NCBI GenBank assembly: GCA_019912395.1
Contig: JAIOIH010000085.1
Coordinates: 1,353 to 65,352, forward strand
Direction of reading: 5' to 3'
DNA from: Flavobacteriales bacterium
Lineage (GTDB): Bacteria; Bacteroidota; Bacteroidia; Flavobacteriales_F; PHOS-HE28
DNA: 64,000 bases
The stretch's first letter is position 1; every line of letters begins with the position of its first letter. A model generated the notes under the pieces. The model was not told where the DNA came from. It searched no databases and saw only the letters and a program-made list of their open reading frames with translations. Below, piece after piece: positions 49,399 to 60,657 of this stretch. The position numbers and the translations under genes are program-made.

Positions 49399-51279
49399 TC
49401 AACTGCGTTGCAACACCACTTGGCCGCTCAACCATTTGGTGCCGTACGGATAGCGGATCAGATAGACTCCCGTGGCATAGGCGCTCAGATCGACCTGCAC
49501 GGGTTCATCCGCCTTCAGTCCCTTCACCAGTTGAAGTACCTTCCCGCTCAGGTCGGTGATGTACAGTTCCGCAATGGCCGTATCCGCCTTGATGTGAACG
49601 ATCCCCGATGTCGGGTTCGGCCAGTAGCTCCAGCGGATCCGCGGAATGGCCGTCGGTAGGCCGGTCGGTCCGTCGGGATCCGTTGAAGCGGTGTCCGATC
49701 GCGGAGCAGTGACGGCCACGACCGAATCCGGGTAGCCCAGTTCCAGCTCGGGTATCTGCTGTGTACAATCGGGCATGTACGTGTAGCTCTTCAGCACGCG
49801 CACCAGCAGGTTGTTCAAGCTCTCCACATCATAGTGGTCCGTGGAGGGCTCGATGTGCGGTGCACCTATACCGCTGTGATCGGTGAGGAAGGTATAGGTG
49901 CCATTGGTGCCCAAGGCCAGCGTGCGCATGAGGTATTCCGTGCCCTTATCAACGCCACTGGCCGCAAGCGTTACGATGCGGATGCCCTTTGCAGCGGCCT
50001 GTTGCATTAGCACCTGCATTCCCTTCCGGACCTCCGGGGTGTTGTGGGGGCCGGCATCCAGCACAAGGAAGATGATCCGTGTACGCGCATCGGTGCTCCA
50101 GCTGAGGTGGTTGATCGCCGAATCCAAGGCCACCTCCACGGCTTCAGGCGTGTCTCCGCCACCGTCCGCCCGCTGGTCGGAGATGAAGTTCACCGCTGCG
50201 GAAAGCACCCGGGTGAAGTCCATGCTGCGGGTGAGGTAGGCCTCGCTGCTGCCCACATCCCTGTAGAAGACGTTCGCAAAACGGAAGTTCAGCCGGTCCC
50301 CGATCTGCTTGCTGCGGAAGATGATGTCGTTCATCTCGGCCCTCAGGAAGTCCAGTTCGTCCTGCATGGAGCCGGTGGCATCCACCACAAAGGCCACATC
50401 CACGTTGTCGCTTGGCCCGCAAGGCACATCGAGCACCAGCCGGTTCACGCCCTGCGCGAAGGGCTTTGCACGGTCGACCCGGATGGTGCGTCCCCCGTAC
50501 TCCACGGCCAGCAGCAATTGATCGGAGGAGGATCCGGCCCGTGCGTCCAGGGCCGCCCAAAGCTCCGCCTTGCCGGTGTTGTCGGTGCGGGCACTGAAGA
50601 GCTTGGTACCGTCCTTCCGTTCCAAATGCACCACCGCATCGGCGATGGGGAGCCCGTTGCGCATCTGCAGGTCCAGCGTATACCGGCCGTACGGCGCGAT
50701 CGACCACAGGGTGCGCATCGCACCGAGCGTGGTGGCGGACAGGTCCTCCCATTGGGTCCATTTGGAAAAATCGTTCACCTCGCCTGCGGTCAGCCGGCCA
50801 TGGCCAACGCGGCCTCCCCCAGGGCCAAGGAGGCCGCTCGTGCCGATGGTCGGTTCAAGGAGCATTCGTTCTCTTTCCATGGAACTGGAGGACTCATGGA
50901 AGGCATGATCCCGTGCTCCTTCGCTCATCCGGTCCTCCATGACGGCTGCCGGGAGAGGCTTGCGTGCAGGCCGGCTTGCATCCTCCTTCACGGAGAAGTC
51001 CATCGTTTCGTCCGCCTTCACCTTCACCATCCGCGAGGAAGGTTCATATCCGTCATAGCTCACCACGCATTTGTACAGGCCCGTATCCAAGGGCACATGG
51101 AAATTCCCCCAACGATCGGTGAACACCGAGGCCACCAGCTCATCGCCCCGATAGATGTCCACGTTCCCATAGCCCAAGGCCTCCATGGCACGGCCCGTGC
51201 TCAAGTTGCCGCTGAGGGATTGGCCCGGGGAGGTGAAGACAATTCCAAGGGAAAGAACCGTGAGGAACAAAAGGCGCAT
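49399..51279 (-). CDS. von Willebrand factor A domain protein with T9SS sorting domain
   Basis: LTAGEVNDF, VDATGSM MIDAS motif, GGGDTPEA, GTYTFLTDHSGIG; C-terminal WPNPTSG...GVYLIR. Confidence 0.88.
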   Translation of the reverse strand: MRLLFLTVLSLGIVFTSPGQSLSGNLSTGRAMEALGYGNVDIYRGDELVASVFTDRWGNFHVPLDTGLYKCVVSYDGYEPSSRMVKVKADETMDFSVKEDASRPARKPLPAAVMEDRMSEGARDHAFHESSSSMERERMLLEPTIGTSGLLGPGGGRVGHGRLTAGEVNDFSKWTQWEDLSATTLGAMRTLWSIAPYGRYTLDLQMRNGLPIADAVVHLERKDGTKLFSARTDNTGKAELWAALDARAGSSSDQLLLAVEYGGRTIRVDRAKPFAQGVNRLVLDVPCGPSDNVDVAFVVDATGSMQDELDFLRAEMNDIIFRSKQIGDRLNFRFANVFYRDVGSSEAYLTRSMDFTRVLSAAVNFISDQRADGGGDTPEAVEVALDSAINHLSWSTDARTRIIFLVLDAGPHNTPEVRKGMQVLMQQAAAKGIRIVTLAASGVDKGTEYLMRTLALGTNGTYTFLTDHSGIGAPHIEPSTDHYDVESLNNLLVRVLKSYTYMPDCTQQIPELELGYPDSVVAVTAPRSDTASTDPDGPTGLPTAIPRIRWSYWPNPTSGIVHIKADTAIAELYITDLSGKVLQLVKGLKADEPVQVDLSAYATGVYLIRYPYGTKWLSGQVVLQRS

Positions 51280-51492
51280 GGGAGGATGGGTTAATGATGA
51301 TGCCTCTTCCTACACGCGAACCGTCCGGAGGTTCGATCCGGCCGCAGGAAAAGGATGAGCATCACATGCAGGTACCGTCCCGCGAACCCTCCGTCCCGAT
51401 CACGGCAGGGTGTGAAGACGATCAATATTATCCGGCCCATGCATCATCCCTGCGTAAATTGCGCCCTCTTCCCGAAAAGGGCCGAGTTCACC

Positions 51493-51723
51493 ATGATCGA
51501 CCGCATCAAGACCTATTTTGAACGCCAAGCGTTCGGCGTCTGCGAATGGTGGGCACACAAGCTCAATATCAAGACCGAGCAGGTGCGCCTCAGCTTCATC
51601 TACCTGAGCTTCGTAACGGCCGGCCTCAACGTGGTGGCCTACCTCGTGATGGCCTTCGTGCTCAAGCACAAGGAGCGGATCAAGCACCCGCTCGCCAAGC
51701 GGAGCACCGTTTGGGAACTTTGA
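51493..51723 (+). CDS. PspC domain protein
   Basis: FGVCEWWA...VRLSFIYLSF...YLVMAF. Confidence 0.8.
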   Translation: MIDRIKTYFERQAFGVCEWWAHKLNIKTEQVRLSFIYLSFVTAGLNVVAYLVMAFVLKHKERIKHPLAKRSTVWEL

Positions 51724-51735
51724 CCTCCGTGGCCG

Positions 51736-51972
51736 ATGACCAATAACGACATCCTGAAAAAGCTCCGGGTGGCCTTGAAGCTGCGCGATACCGACATCGT
51801 GAAGATCCTCGCGTTGGTGGACTTCCACATGACCACCTCCGAACTGGGCGCGTTCTTCCGGACCGAGGACCATCCGAAATACAAGGAGGCCGGGGACCAA
51901 GTGCTGCGCAACTTCCTGAACGGTCTGGTGATCCACTTGCGCGGGCCCATGCCGGAGAAGAGGAAGGATTAG
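51736..51972 (+). CDS. DUF1456 family protein
   Basis: MTNNDILKKLRVALKL...DQVLRNFLNGL. Confidence 0.85.
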   Translation: MTNNDILKKLRVALKLRDTDIVKILALVDFHMTTSELGAFFRTEDHPKYKEAGDQVLRNFLNGLVIHLRGPMPEKRKD

Positions 51973-51987
51973 CCGGAGGTGTTGCAT

Positions 51988-52043
51988 TGTCCTATGTCCT
52001 ATGCTTGCTGTTGCATAGGACATAAGGCAATGAGCATAGGACA
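51988..52043. repeat. Heptamer-based (TGTCCTA) palindromic repeat
   Basis: TGTCCTATGTCCTATGC...GCATAGGACATA...GCATAGGACA. Confidence 0.8.
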
Positions 52044-52078
52044 TCCAGTATTCCACCCGGTCCATTAGATTCGCCTTC

Positions 52079-52981
52079 ATGAGATTACTGATCACCGGCA
52101 GCAACGGCCTCCTGGGCCAAAAGTTGGTTGCTGCCTTGCGTAACGATCCCGAGGTGGAGCTGCTCGCCACCTCCCGTGGCGGAGATCGTACGGCGGACCC
52201 GCTGGGCGACCGCTACCGCTCCATGGACATCACCCGCAAGGCCGAGGTGGACGCAGTGATCGATGCGTTCCGCCCGGAGGTCATCATCCATACGGCTGCC
52301 ATGACCAATGTGGACAGCTGCGAGCTGGACCCCGAGGCTTGCAGGCTCCAGAACGTGACCGCGACGGAATACTTGGTGGAGGGCGCCAAGCGGCGGGAAA
52401 GCCACTTCATCTTCCTCAGCACCGATTTCGTTTTCGATGGTGCGACAGGTCCCTATCGCGAGGAGGATGTTCCGGCGCCGTTGAGCATCTACGGACAAAG
52501 CAAACTGGAGGGCGAGCGCATTGTACAGGAAGCAGGATTGAAGCGATGGGCCATTGCCCGCACCATTATCGTGTACGGGGTTGCGAAGGGCTTGAGCCGC
52601 AGCAACGTGGTGCTCTGGGCCAAGGAGGCATTGGAAAAGGGCAGCCCGATCAACGTGGTGGACGACCAATGGCGCATGCCCACCCTGGCCGAGGACCTGG
52701 CCGACGGGTGCATCCGCATTGCCAAACAGGGAGCCACCGGCATGTACCACCTCAGCGGGCCGGACGGGATGAGCATACTCGAACTGGTGCAACGCACAGG
52801 TACATTCTTCGGATCGTCCTCCGAGGGGGTCACACCGATCAAAAGCGACACGCTCGGGCAACCTGCCAAGCGCCCACCGGTCACCGGTTTCATCCTGGAC
52901 AAGGCCCGCCGGGAACTGGGTTATGCACCCCATGGCTTTGAGGCTGGGCTGGCAGTGCTTCGCGCCCAGCTCGAACCATAG
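52079..52981 (+). CDS. RmlD-like SDR (dTDP-4-dehydrorhamnose reductase family)
   Basis: ITGSNGLLG, AAMTNVD, STDFVFDG, YGQSK, DQWRMPT. Confidence 0.9.
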   Translation: MRLLITGSNGLLGQKLVAALRNDPEVELLATSRGGDRTADPLGDRYRSMDITRKAEVDAVIDAFRPEVIIHTAAMTNVDSCELDPEACRLQNVTATEYLVEGAKRRESHFIFLSTDFVFDGATGPYREEDVPAPLSIYGQSKLEGERIVQEAGLKRWAIARTIIVYGVAKGLSRSNVVLWAKEALEKGSPINVVDDQWRMPTLAEDLADGCIRIAKQGATGMYHLSGPDGMSILELVQRTGTFFGSSSEGVTPIKSDTLGQPAKRPPVTGFILDKARRELGYAPHGFEAGLAVLRAQLEP

Positions 52982-52990
52982 ACCGTCAAC

Positions 52991-53965
52991 ATGGCACGTC
53001 GTCGCAGGGTCCGGCCGTGGAGAGAAGAGCTGAAGGACCTCTTTGCCATGCATCGGGGCGAGCGCAATGCCTTTGCCGTACTGATCGGTCTCTGCCTGAT
53101 CGGTGCCGCATGGGTGACCTGGGAGCAGTGGATCCGGCCTCGGACATTGGCCGACCGGGAGAAGATCGAAGTGCTCTGGTGGAGCCTGCAGGACACCACG
53201 GAGGGAGGTGAACGGGTTAGCGATGGAAGCTTGGATGATATCCGATTGTTCAACTTCGACCCCAATGGATTGCCCATTGAGCAATGGACCGACCTGGGCC
53301 TTAGCGAGAAGCAGGCGGCTTCGATCCACCGCTACGAGGAGCGCGGCGGGAAATTCAGGACCAAGCGGGACCTGGCCAAGATGCGCGTGGTGGATCCCCA
53401 TCTCTTTGCCCAATGGGAACCGTACATCCAATTGCCGGACTCCTTCCCGCGGAAACAGTGGAACAAGCCTGGACAATGGAACGGTTATCCGAGGGATACG
53501 GCGCGATGGAACTCCGATCGGCGCGAGAGCAGGCCCGCGGATTTTTCCGGGAGCAATGCGGTGGTGGAGCTGAACGGCGCTGACTCGGCAACATTGGTGG
53601 CGGTGCGGGGCATCGGGCCTTCCTTCGCACGTGGGATCCTCAAGTACCGGGACCGGCTCGGTGGCTTCGTCAGCCTTGAACAACTTGGCGAGGTGTACAT
53701 CCTGCGCGACAAGCCCGAAGCCGTGGAACGCCTGCGCGAGAAGCTGACCGTGGACCCCACATTGATGAAGCAGATCCCCTTGAACAGTTGTACTGTGGAG
53801 GAACTGGGGCCGCATCCCTACATCGGTTGGAAGGTGGCCAGGGCGCTTCTGGCCTATCGCGATCAGCATGGACCCTTCGCGGATGTGGCCGCGATCTCCA
53901 ATTGCGTGCTGGTGACCGACAGCATCCGGGAACGGTTGTCGCCGTACCTCACGGTGGAGCCTTGA
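52991..53965 (+). CDS. Helix-hairpin-helix (ComEA-like) membrane-anchored protein
   Basis: FDPN, ELNGAD...RGIGPSFARGILKYRDRLGGF, HPYIG, HGPF. Confidence 0.88.
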   Translation: MARRRRVRPWREELKDLFAMHRGERNAFAVLIGLCLIGAAWVTWEQWIRPRTLADREKIEVLWWSLQDTTEGGERVSDGSLDDIRLFNFDPNGLPIEQWTDLGLSEKQAASIHRYEERGGKFRTKRDLAKMRVVDPHLFAQWEPYIQLPDSFPRKQWNKPGQWNGYPRDTARWNSDRRESRPADFSGSNAVVELNGADSATLVAVRGIGPSFARGILKYRDRLGGFVSLEQLGEVYILRDKPEAVERLREKLTVDPTLMKQIPLNSCTVEELGPHPYIGWKVARALLAYRDQHGPFADVAAISNCVLVTDSIRERLSPYLTVEP

Positions 53966-53973
53966 TCGCGGCG

Positions 53974-54308
53974 CGCCTATCGGCGCTTCCGGCATCCGGC
54001 GTTTTGAACCACGCTCCGATACATATCGGAGTCACACGGATAAACACGGATGGAAAAGTCAGATCCCATCAGTCCGATGCTTATCGGCCGGACGCAGGTC
54101 CCAGCTATTGGATAGTGCACGAGAAAGGCATTTATCCGTGTCGATCCGCGTCCACGCGCCGTCGCGAAGCGCTTTGGCGAAGCACGGTCCGTGGTTCCCA
54201 TTCAAGACCAACCGTGCCGGCAGGCACGGTCGGCAGCCCAATAGAGGGAAAGGCATTTATCCGTGTCGATCCGTGCTTCCCCTTCAGGACCGACCGCGCC
54301 GATAGGCG
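53974..54308. repeat. Composite non-coding element bounded by 13-bp inverted repeats
   Basis: CGCCTATCGGCGC (53974-53986) and GCGCCGATAGGCG (54296-54308); internal 26-bp direct repeat at 54123-54148 and 54248-54273. Confidence 0.7.
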
Positions 54309-54428
54309 TGGCCAGCAGCCAATGCACATTCCGAAATCGCATCCATCAAATGGAAAGGTTTATTTTGCGGCCCTCGCAGCTCCTGCATCCATTTTTAAGG
54401 ACCAGTGGGCGCGACATGATCCCTCAAC

Positions 54429-55571
54429 ATGGAATTCAGCACTACCGAGAACCGGCAGATGATCGCACAGGCCGTGCGCGACCTCGTGGAACGCGAGGTA
54501 CGGCCCAACCTGATGGACTGGGACGAGAGCCAGCACATGCCCATCGACCTCTTCAAGAAACACTTCGGCCCCGCCGGCATGCTGGGCGTGCTGGTGCCGG
54601 AGGAATACGGTGGTGCAGGCCTGGGCTACCATGAATATGTCGACACCATCGTGGAAGTGGCACGCGTTTGTGGCAGCATCGGGCTCAGCGTGGCCGCGCA
54701 CAATTCGCTTTGCACCGGGCACATCATGTATTTCGGAAACGACGAGCAGAAGAAGCGCTGGCTTCCGAAGCTCGCCACGGGCGAATGGCTCGGAGCATGG
54801 GCCCTTACCGAAGCAGGTACCGGTAGCGATGCCATGCGCATGGCCACCACCGCCCGCAAGGACGGCGAGGAGTGGGTGCTCAACGGCACCAAGAACTGGA
54901 TCACGCACGGCATCAGCGGCGACGTGGTGGTGGTGATCGCCCGCACGGGCGAACTGCTGGACAGCAAGGGGATGACCGCCTTCGTGGTGGAGCGTGGTAC
55001 ACCCGGGCTAAAGGGGGGCAAGAAGGAGAACAAGCTGGGCATGCGCGCCAGTGAGACCGCCGAGGTGATCTTCGACGAATGCCGAATTCCCGAGGCGAAC
55101 GTGCTCGGTGAAATCGGGCAGGGCTTCCAGCAGGCCATGAAGGTGCTGGACGGCGGAAGGATCAGCATTGCTGCACTTGCACTGGGCATCGCCAAGGGAG
55201 CCTTGGATGCCAGCGTGGCCTATTCCAAGGAGCGGCACCAGTTCGGAAAGCCCATCTCGGAATTCCAGGCCATCAGCTTCAAGCTCGCCGATATGGCCAC
55301 GCGCATCGAGGCGTCCGAGCTGCTGATCCGCCAAGCCTCCGACATGAAGAACAAGGGCCAGCGCATGACCAAGGAAAGCGCCATGGCCAAGTACTACGCC
55401 AGCGAGGTGAGCGTGTACGCCAGCACGGAGGCGGTGCAGATCTTCGGCGGCTACGGCTACACCAAGGATTTCCCGGTTGAGAAGTTCTACCGCGACAGCA
55501 AGCTCTGCACCATCGGTGAGGGGACGTCGGAGATCCAGAAGCTGGTGATCAGCAGGGAGGTGCTGCGGTAG
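54429..55571 (+). CDS. Acyl-CoA dehydrogenase
   Basis: [51 protein letters not shown]. Confidence 0.96.
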   Translation: MEFSTTENRQMIAQAVRDLVEREVRPNLMDWDESQHMPIDLFKKHFGPAGMLGVLVPEEYGGAGLGYHEYVDTIVEVARVCGSIGLSVAAHNSLCTGHIMYFGNDEQKKRWLPKLATGEWLGAWALTEAGTGSDAMRMATTARKDGEEWVLNGTKNWITHGISGDVVVVIARTGELLDSKGMTAFVVERGTPGLKGGKKENKLGMRASETAEVIFDECRIPEANVLGEIGQGFQQAMKVLDGGRISIAALALGIAKGALDASVAYSKERHQFGKPISEFQAISFKLADMATRIEASELLIRQASDMKNKGQRMTKESAMAKYYASEVSVYASTEAVQIFGGYGYTKDFPVEKFYRDSKLCTIGEGTSEIQKLVISREVLR

Positions 55572-55690
55572 CGGCAGGGAGGCTGGCGAATAGTGGCTGG
55601 TGACCGGCAATGCTGACTGCCTTCTCTTTTCCATCGCATTGCACCGATCCAAGGAAAAGCTATATTTGCGCCCCCATTCAGAAAAAGAAC

Positions 55691-55882
55691 ATGCTGATCA
55701 TCCCGGTGAAAGAAGGCGAACCCATTGACAAGGCGCTGAAGAAGTTCAAGAAGAAGTTCGAGCGCACGGGCACCTTGCGTGCGTTGCGCAAGCGCCAGGC
55801 CTTCACCAAGCCTTCCGTGGAGCGCCGCAAGGAATTGCTGCGTGCCGCCTATAAGGAGGAGAAGTACGGCGGCGAACAGTAG
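55691..55882 (+). CDS. rpsU: 30S ribosomal protein S21
   Basis: MLIIPVKEGEPIDKALKKFKKK...FTKPSVERR. Confidence 0.96.
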   Translation: MLIIPVKEGEPIDKALKKFKKKFERTGTLRALRKRQAFTKPSVERRKELLRAAYKEEKYGGEQ

Positions 55883-55903
55883 GGTCGAAGCATGCTTCAC
55901 CCT
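55879..55903 (+). repeat. GTAG-type REP-like hairpin
   Basis: GTAGGGTCGAAGCATGCTTCACCCT; relative at 60098-60121. Confidence 0.7.
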
Positions 55904-55961
55904 GCTGTGAAGCCGCATGGGTGACCACATGTCACCACCGCCCTGTAGACAACAAGCTCTG

Positions 55962-55998
55962 AAAGGCGAAAGGACCGAGCGGTCTTTTCGCCTTTTTT
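55962..55998 (+). terminator. Intrinsic terminator after rpsU
   Basis: AAAGGCGAAAGGACC-GAGC-GGTCTTTTCGCCTTT plus TTT. Confidence 0.8.
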
Positions 55999-56004
55999 GC
56001 ATGG

Positions 56005-56919
56005 ATGCCCGTCGAACGCTTTTTGGACCATCTCGCTTTTGAGAAACGTGCGAGCCCGCTGACGGTGAAGGCCTACCGGAGCGATCTGGGGCAATTCAAT
56101 CTTTTCCTGCGGGAGGAACTGGGGTTGAAGGACGCTACCGAGGCCACCGACAAGGCGGTGCGCGCCTGGATGATGGGGTTGCTCGGATCCGGTGTCGGGG
56201 CGCGGTCGGTGAACCGGAAGCTGAGCGCCCTGCGGGCCTATTACCATTTTGCCCGGACCGTGGGAGTGGTGCAATGCGATCCCACCGCCTTGATCGAGCC
56301 GCCCAAGACCCCCAAACGCTTGCCGGAGTTCGTGGCGGAGCGGAACATGGAGCAATTGCTGAACGAGATGCCCTGGCCGGAGGGCTTTATCGGCAGTCGC
56401 GACCGCCTCATATTGGAATTGCTCTACGGCACGGGCATGCGCTTGGCGGAGCTCCTGCACCTGGCACCGGCCGATATCGATCTTCGGCGAGGCACCGTGC
56501 GCGTAATGGGCAAGCGCAACAAGGAGCGGATCCTTCCCCTGGCGGGTCCCCTGCTACAGTTGCTCCGCGAACACATGGCCCTGCGGGAAGACCTGACCCC
56601 GCAAGCGGATGCCCCCTTACTGCTGCGGCCCGATGGAGAACCATTGCCACGGCGAACCATTCAATCATTGGTTACGCATTACCTTAGTGCGGTGACCACC
56701 CAGGATAAACGAAGTCCCCACGTCTTGCGCCACACTTTCGCCACCCATTTGCTCGAACATGGCGCAGACCTCAACGCCGTAAAGGAACTGCTGGGCCATG
56801 CCAGCCTGGCGGCCACGCAGGTGTACACGCACAACACCGTGGAAAAGCTCAAACAAGCCCACCGGCAGGCACATCCGCGCGGTGGGGCCGATCAACAAAC
56901 CACAATCAAAAAAACGTGA
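56005..56919 (+). CDS. xerC: Tyrosine recombinase, XerC-like
   Basis: GMR, GK, HVLRH, LGH and TQVY catalytic residues; conserved Bacteroidota position between rpsU and hpf. Confidence 0.85.
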   Translation: MPVERFLDHLAFEKRASPLTVKAYRSDLGQFNLFLREELGLKDATEATDKAVRAWMMGLLGSGVGARSVNRKLSALRAYYHFARTVGVVQCDPTALIEPPKTPKRLPEFVAERNMEQLLNEMPWPEGFIGSRDRLILELLYGTGMRLAELLHLAPADIDLRRGTVRVMGKRNKERILPLAGPLLQLLREHMALREDLTPQADAPLLLRPDGEPLPRRTIQSLVTHYLSAVTTQDKRSPHVLRHTFATHLLEHGADLNAVKELLGHASLAATQVYTHNTVEKLKQAHRQAHPRGGADQQTTIKKT

Positions 56920-56920
56920 C

Positions 56921-57229
56921 ATGAACGTGACGGTGCATTCCCTCCATTTTGATGCTGACGCCAAGCTCATCGATTTCATCAAGGAGAAGTTGAACAAGCT
57001 CACCCAGTTCCATGACAACATCTTGTCCGGTGCTGTTACCCTGCGGGTAGGCAGCGACGGCGAGCGGCCGGAGAACAAACATGTGGAGATCCGCTTGGCG
57101 GTTCCGGGCAACGATCTTTTCGCGAAACGCAAGGCCGCCAGCTTTGAGGAGGCGGCCGTGAACACCATCGAGGCACTCCGAAGCCAAGTGGAAAAGGATA
57201 AGACCCGATTGCGCGAAGTGCGCGGATAG
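56921..57229 (+). CDS. hpf: Ribosome hibernation promoting factor (RaiA/HPF)
   Basis: VHSLHFDADAKL, ENKHVEIRLAVPG, SFEEA. Confidence 0.9.
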   Translation: MNVTVHSLHFDADAKLIDFIKEKLNKLTQFHDNILSGAVTLRVGSDGERPENKHVEIRLAVPGNDLFAKRKAASFEEAAVNTIEALRSQVEKDKTRLREVRG

Positions 57230-57400
57230 CCCGCCGGTACTGGGGAATTCCCATCTTGCCGATCTTTAACGACGGCCGTGACCATATTCATGGCCGTCGT
57301 TATTTGGCTGCTTCATGGTTTTGCATACATTTGCAGGCCCAATTCCGGGGGTAGTATGCTCCGGAAGCGGGTCGGGAACGTTCTTTTTCTTGCTGTACAT

Positions 57401-57473
57401 GCCAATGTAGCTCAGCTGGTAGAGCAGCTGATTTGTAATCAGCCGGTCGGGGGTTCGAGTCCCTCCATTGGCT
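57401..57473 (+). tRNA. tRNA-Thr(TGT)
   Basis: Cloverleaf; CTGAT-TTGTAA-TCAG region with anticodon TGT. Confidence 0.97.
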
Positions 57474-57487
57474 CCGTGAACGGACCA

Positions 57488-57570
57488 GGGGAGATACCCA
57501 AGCGGCCAACGGGGGCAGACTGTAAATCTGCTGTCTTACGACTTCGTAGGTTCGAATCCTGCTCTCCCCA
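57488..57570 (+). tRNA. tRNA-Tyr(GTA)
   Basis: GCAGA-CTGTAAA-TCTGC; long variable arm. Confidence 0.97.
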
Positions 57571-57624
57571 CAATAACGGAGCCATCATCCGGGATCGCGC
57601 CACCGGCGCGGCGACCGGCACCAA

Positions 57625-57697
57625 GCGGGAGTAGCTCAGTTGGTAGAGCATCAGCCTTCCAAGCTGAATGTCGCGGGTTCGAATCTCGTCTCCCGCT
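57625..57697 (+). tRNA. tRNA-Gly(TCC)
   Basis: TCAGC-CTTCCAA-GCTGA. Confidence 0.97.
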
Positions 57698-57746
57698 CTA
57701 CCGCCGGACCCCGCTTCCAGGGGCGAGGTGAAACAACAATACAACG

Positions 57747-57821
<75 letters not shown>

Positions 57822-57929
57822 GGAATGGAGGATTGAGATGCCCTGAAAAGGGAGGCATGGACAACAAGAGGGAATTGCCCCGAAGCGAACCAACGAACAA
57901 CACCAAACGACCACAATCACTTAGAGACC

Positions 57930-59117
<1,188 letters not shown>

Positions 59118-59205
59118 TACGCACAACACGCAAGCGACGGGGCCGTCCGCCATTCGGCGGACGGCCTTTGCCGCCGATAGGAACCGCAATCAGAACAAGG
59201 AACGA

Positions 59206-59281
59206 ACGGGAGTAGCTCAATTGGTAGAGCGACGGTCTCCAAAACCGTAGGCTGCGGGTTCGATTCCTGCCTCCCGTGCCA
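59206..59281 (+). tRNA. tRNA-Trp(CCA)
   Basis: ACGGT-CTCCAAA-ACCGT; encoded CCA end. Confidence 0.97.
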
Positions 59282-59293
59282 AAGCGAACAACA

Positions 59294-59524
59294 GTGGCAA
59301 GCATCAGATCATATATCAGCGAAAGCTACAATGAGCTCGTTCACAAGGTGAGCTGGCCCGCATGGAAGGACCTGCAGAGCAGTTCCATCCTCGTATTGGT
59401 CTCAGCCCTCATTGTATCCTTGATCATATTCCTGATGGACTTCGTTTTCGGTGTCCACAACATGGGCAATACGAATTTCTGGAAAGGGATCCTGGGGTTC
59501 CTGTACAAATTCATGGGACACTAG
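59294..59524 (+). CDS. secE: Preprotein translocase subunit SecE
   Basis: [13 protein letters not shown] plus a transmembrane segment; between tRNA-Trp and nusG; GTG start. Confidence 0.92.
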   Translation: MASIRSYISESYNELVHKVSWPAWKDLQSSSILVLVSALIVSLIIFLMDFVFGVHNMGNTNFWKGILGFLYKFMGH

Positions 59525-59525
59525 G

Positions 59526-60080
59526 ATGGCCGTTACCAGCACCAAGAAGTGGTACGTGCTTCGCGCCATCAGCGGGAAGGAGAAGAAGGTGAAGGAGCTC
59601 ATCGATACGGAGATCCGACGCTCCAACTTGGGCAATTATATTTCCCAAGTGCTGATCCCCATGGAGAAGTTCTACCAGATCCGCGATGGCAAGAAGGTAA
59701 GCAAGGAGCGGAACTTCTTTCCGGGCTATGTGCTTTTGGAGGCCGACCTCACCGGTGAGACCGCCCACACCCTCAAGCAGATGACCAATGTGATCGGCTT
59801 CCTCGGTGCGGAGAAGGGAGGTGACCCGGTGCCCTTGCGGCAGAGCGAGGTGAACCGCATCCTGGGCACGGTGGATGAACTGGCCGATGCGGACGAATCA
59901 CCCTACAACCCATACCATGTAGGCGAGGGGGTGAAGGTGATCGACGGGCCCTTCAACGGGTTCAACGGCACCATCGAGGAGATAAATGAGGAAAAAAAGA
60001 AGCTCAAGGTGATGGTGAAGATCTTCGGCAGAAGGACACCGCTCGAGCTGAGCTTCATGCAAGTGGAAAAGGAGGTGTAG
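59526..60080 (+). CDS. nusG: Transcription termination/antitermination factor NusG
   Basis: [21 protein letters not shown] motif [19 protein letters not shown]. Confidence 0.98.
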   Translation: MAVTSTKKWYVLRAISGKEKKVKELIDTEIRRSNLGNYISQVLIPMEKFYQIRDGKKVSKERNFFPGYVLLEADLTGETAHTLKQMTNVIGFLGAEKGGDPVPLRQSEVNRILGTVDELADADESPYNPYHVGEGVKVIDGPFNGFNGTIEEINEEKKKLKVMVKIFGRRTPLELSFMQVEKEV

Positions 60081-60121
60081 GGCGAAGCCCTACACTGGTA
60101 GGGGCGAAGCATGCTTCGCCC
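60075..60121 (+). repeat. Tandem GTAG-type REP-like hairpins
   Basis: GTGTAGGGC-GAA-GCCCTACAC and GTAGGGGCGAAGCATGCTTCGCCC. Confidence 0.75.
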
Positions 60122-60204
60122 AAACGCGTTGAAGGAAAAAAAAAGAAAAAACCAGTCCAAGTCCGCCGAACAGCGTACGTTAACCAGGACACAACAACCA
60201 AAGC

Positions 60205-60648
60205 ATGGCAAAGGAGATAACGGGGCTGGTGAAGCTCCAAGTAAAGGGAGGCGCAGCCAACCCCGCCCCCCCGATCGGCCCCGCACTGGGCGCCAAGGGG
60301 GTGAACATCATGGAGTTCTGCAAGCAGTTCAATGGACGCACGCAGGACAAGGCGGGCAAGGTGCTCCCCGTGGTGATCACCGTGTATGCGGACAAGAGCT
60401 TCGACTTCATCATAAAGACCCCGCCTGCCGCCGTGCAGCTAATGGACCTGGCCAAGGCCAAGAAGGGCAGCGGTGTGCCCCAGACCGACAAGGTGGGCAG
60501 CGTCACTTGGGAACAAGTGAAGGCCATCGCGGAGGATAAAATGCCCGACCTCAACTGCTTCAACGTGGAAAGCGCCATGAGCATGGTGGCTGGCACGGCT
60601 CGTTCCATGGGTATCACCGTGACCGGCGAAAGCCCGATCAGCAAATAA
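60205..60648 (+). CDS. rplK: 50S ribosomal protein L11
   Basis: [29 protein letters not shown]. Confidence 0.99.
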   Translation: MAKEITGLVKLQVKGGAANPAPPIGPALGAKGVNIMEFCKQFNGRTQDKAGKVLPVVITVYADKSFDFIIKTPPAAVQLMDLAKAKKGSGVPQTDKVGSVTWEQVKAIAEDKMPDLNCFNVESAMSMVAGTARSMGITVTGESPISK

Positions 60649-60657
60649 CCGGAAGCC

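Noticed and set aside
52085..53995. 636-aa minus-strand ORF and the many similar long antisense ORFs (for example 2849-4234, 58053-59189)
   Set aside because: These are shadow frames of GC-rich genes with clearly identifiable sense-strand products.
56005..56919. Phage or island integrase next to the tRNA cluster
   Set aside because: XerC-like size and motifs, host-like composition, conserved housekeeping context and no cargo genes.
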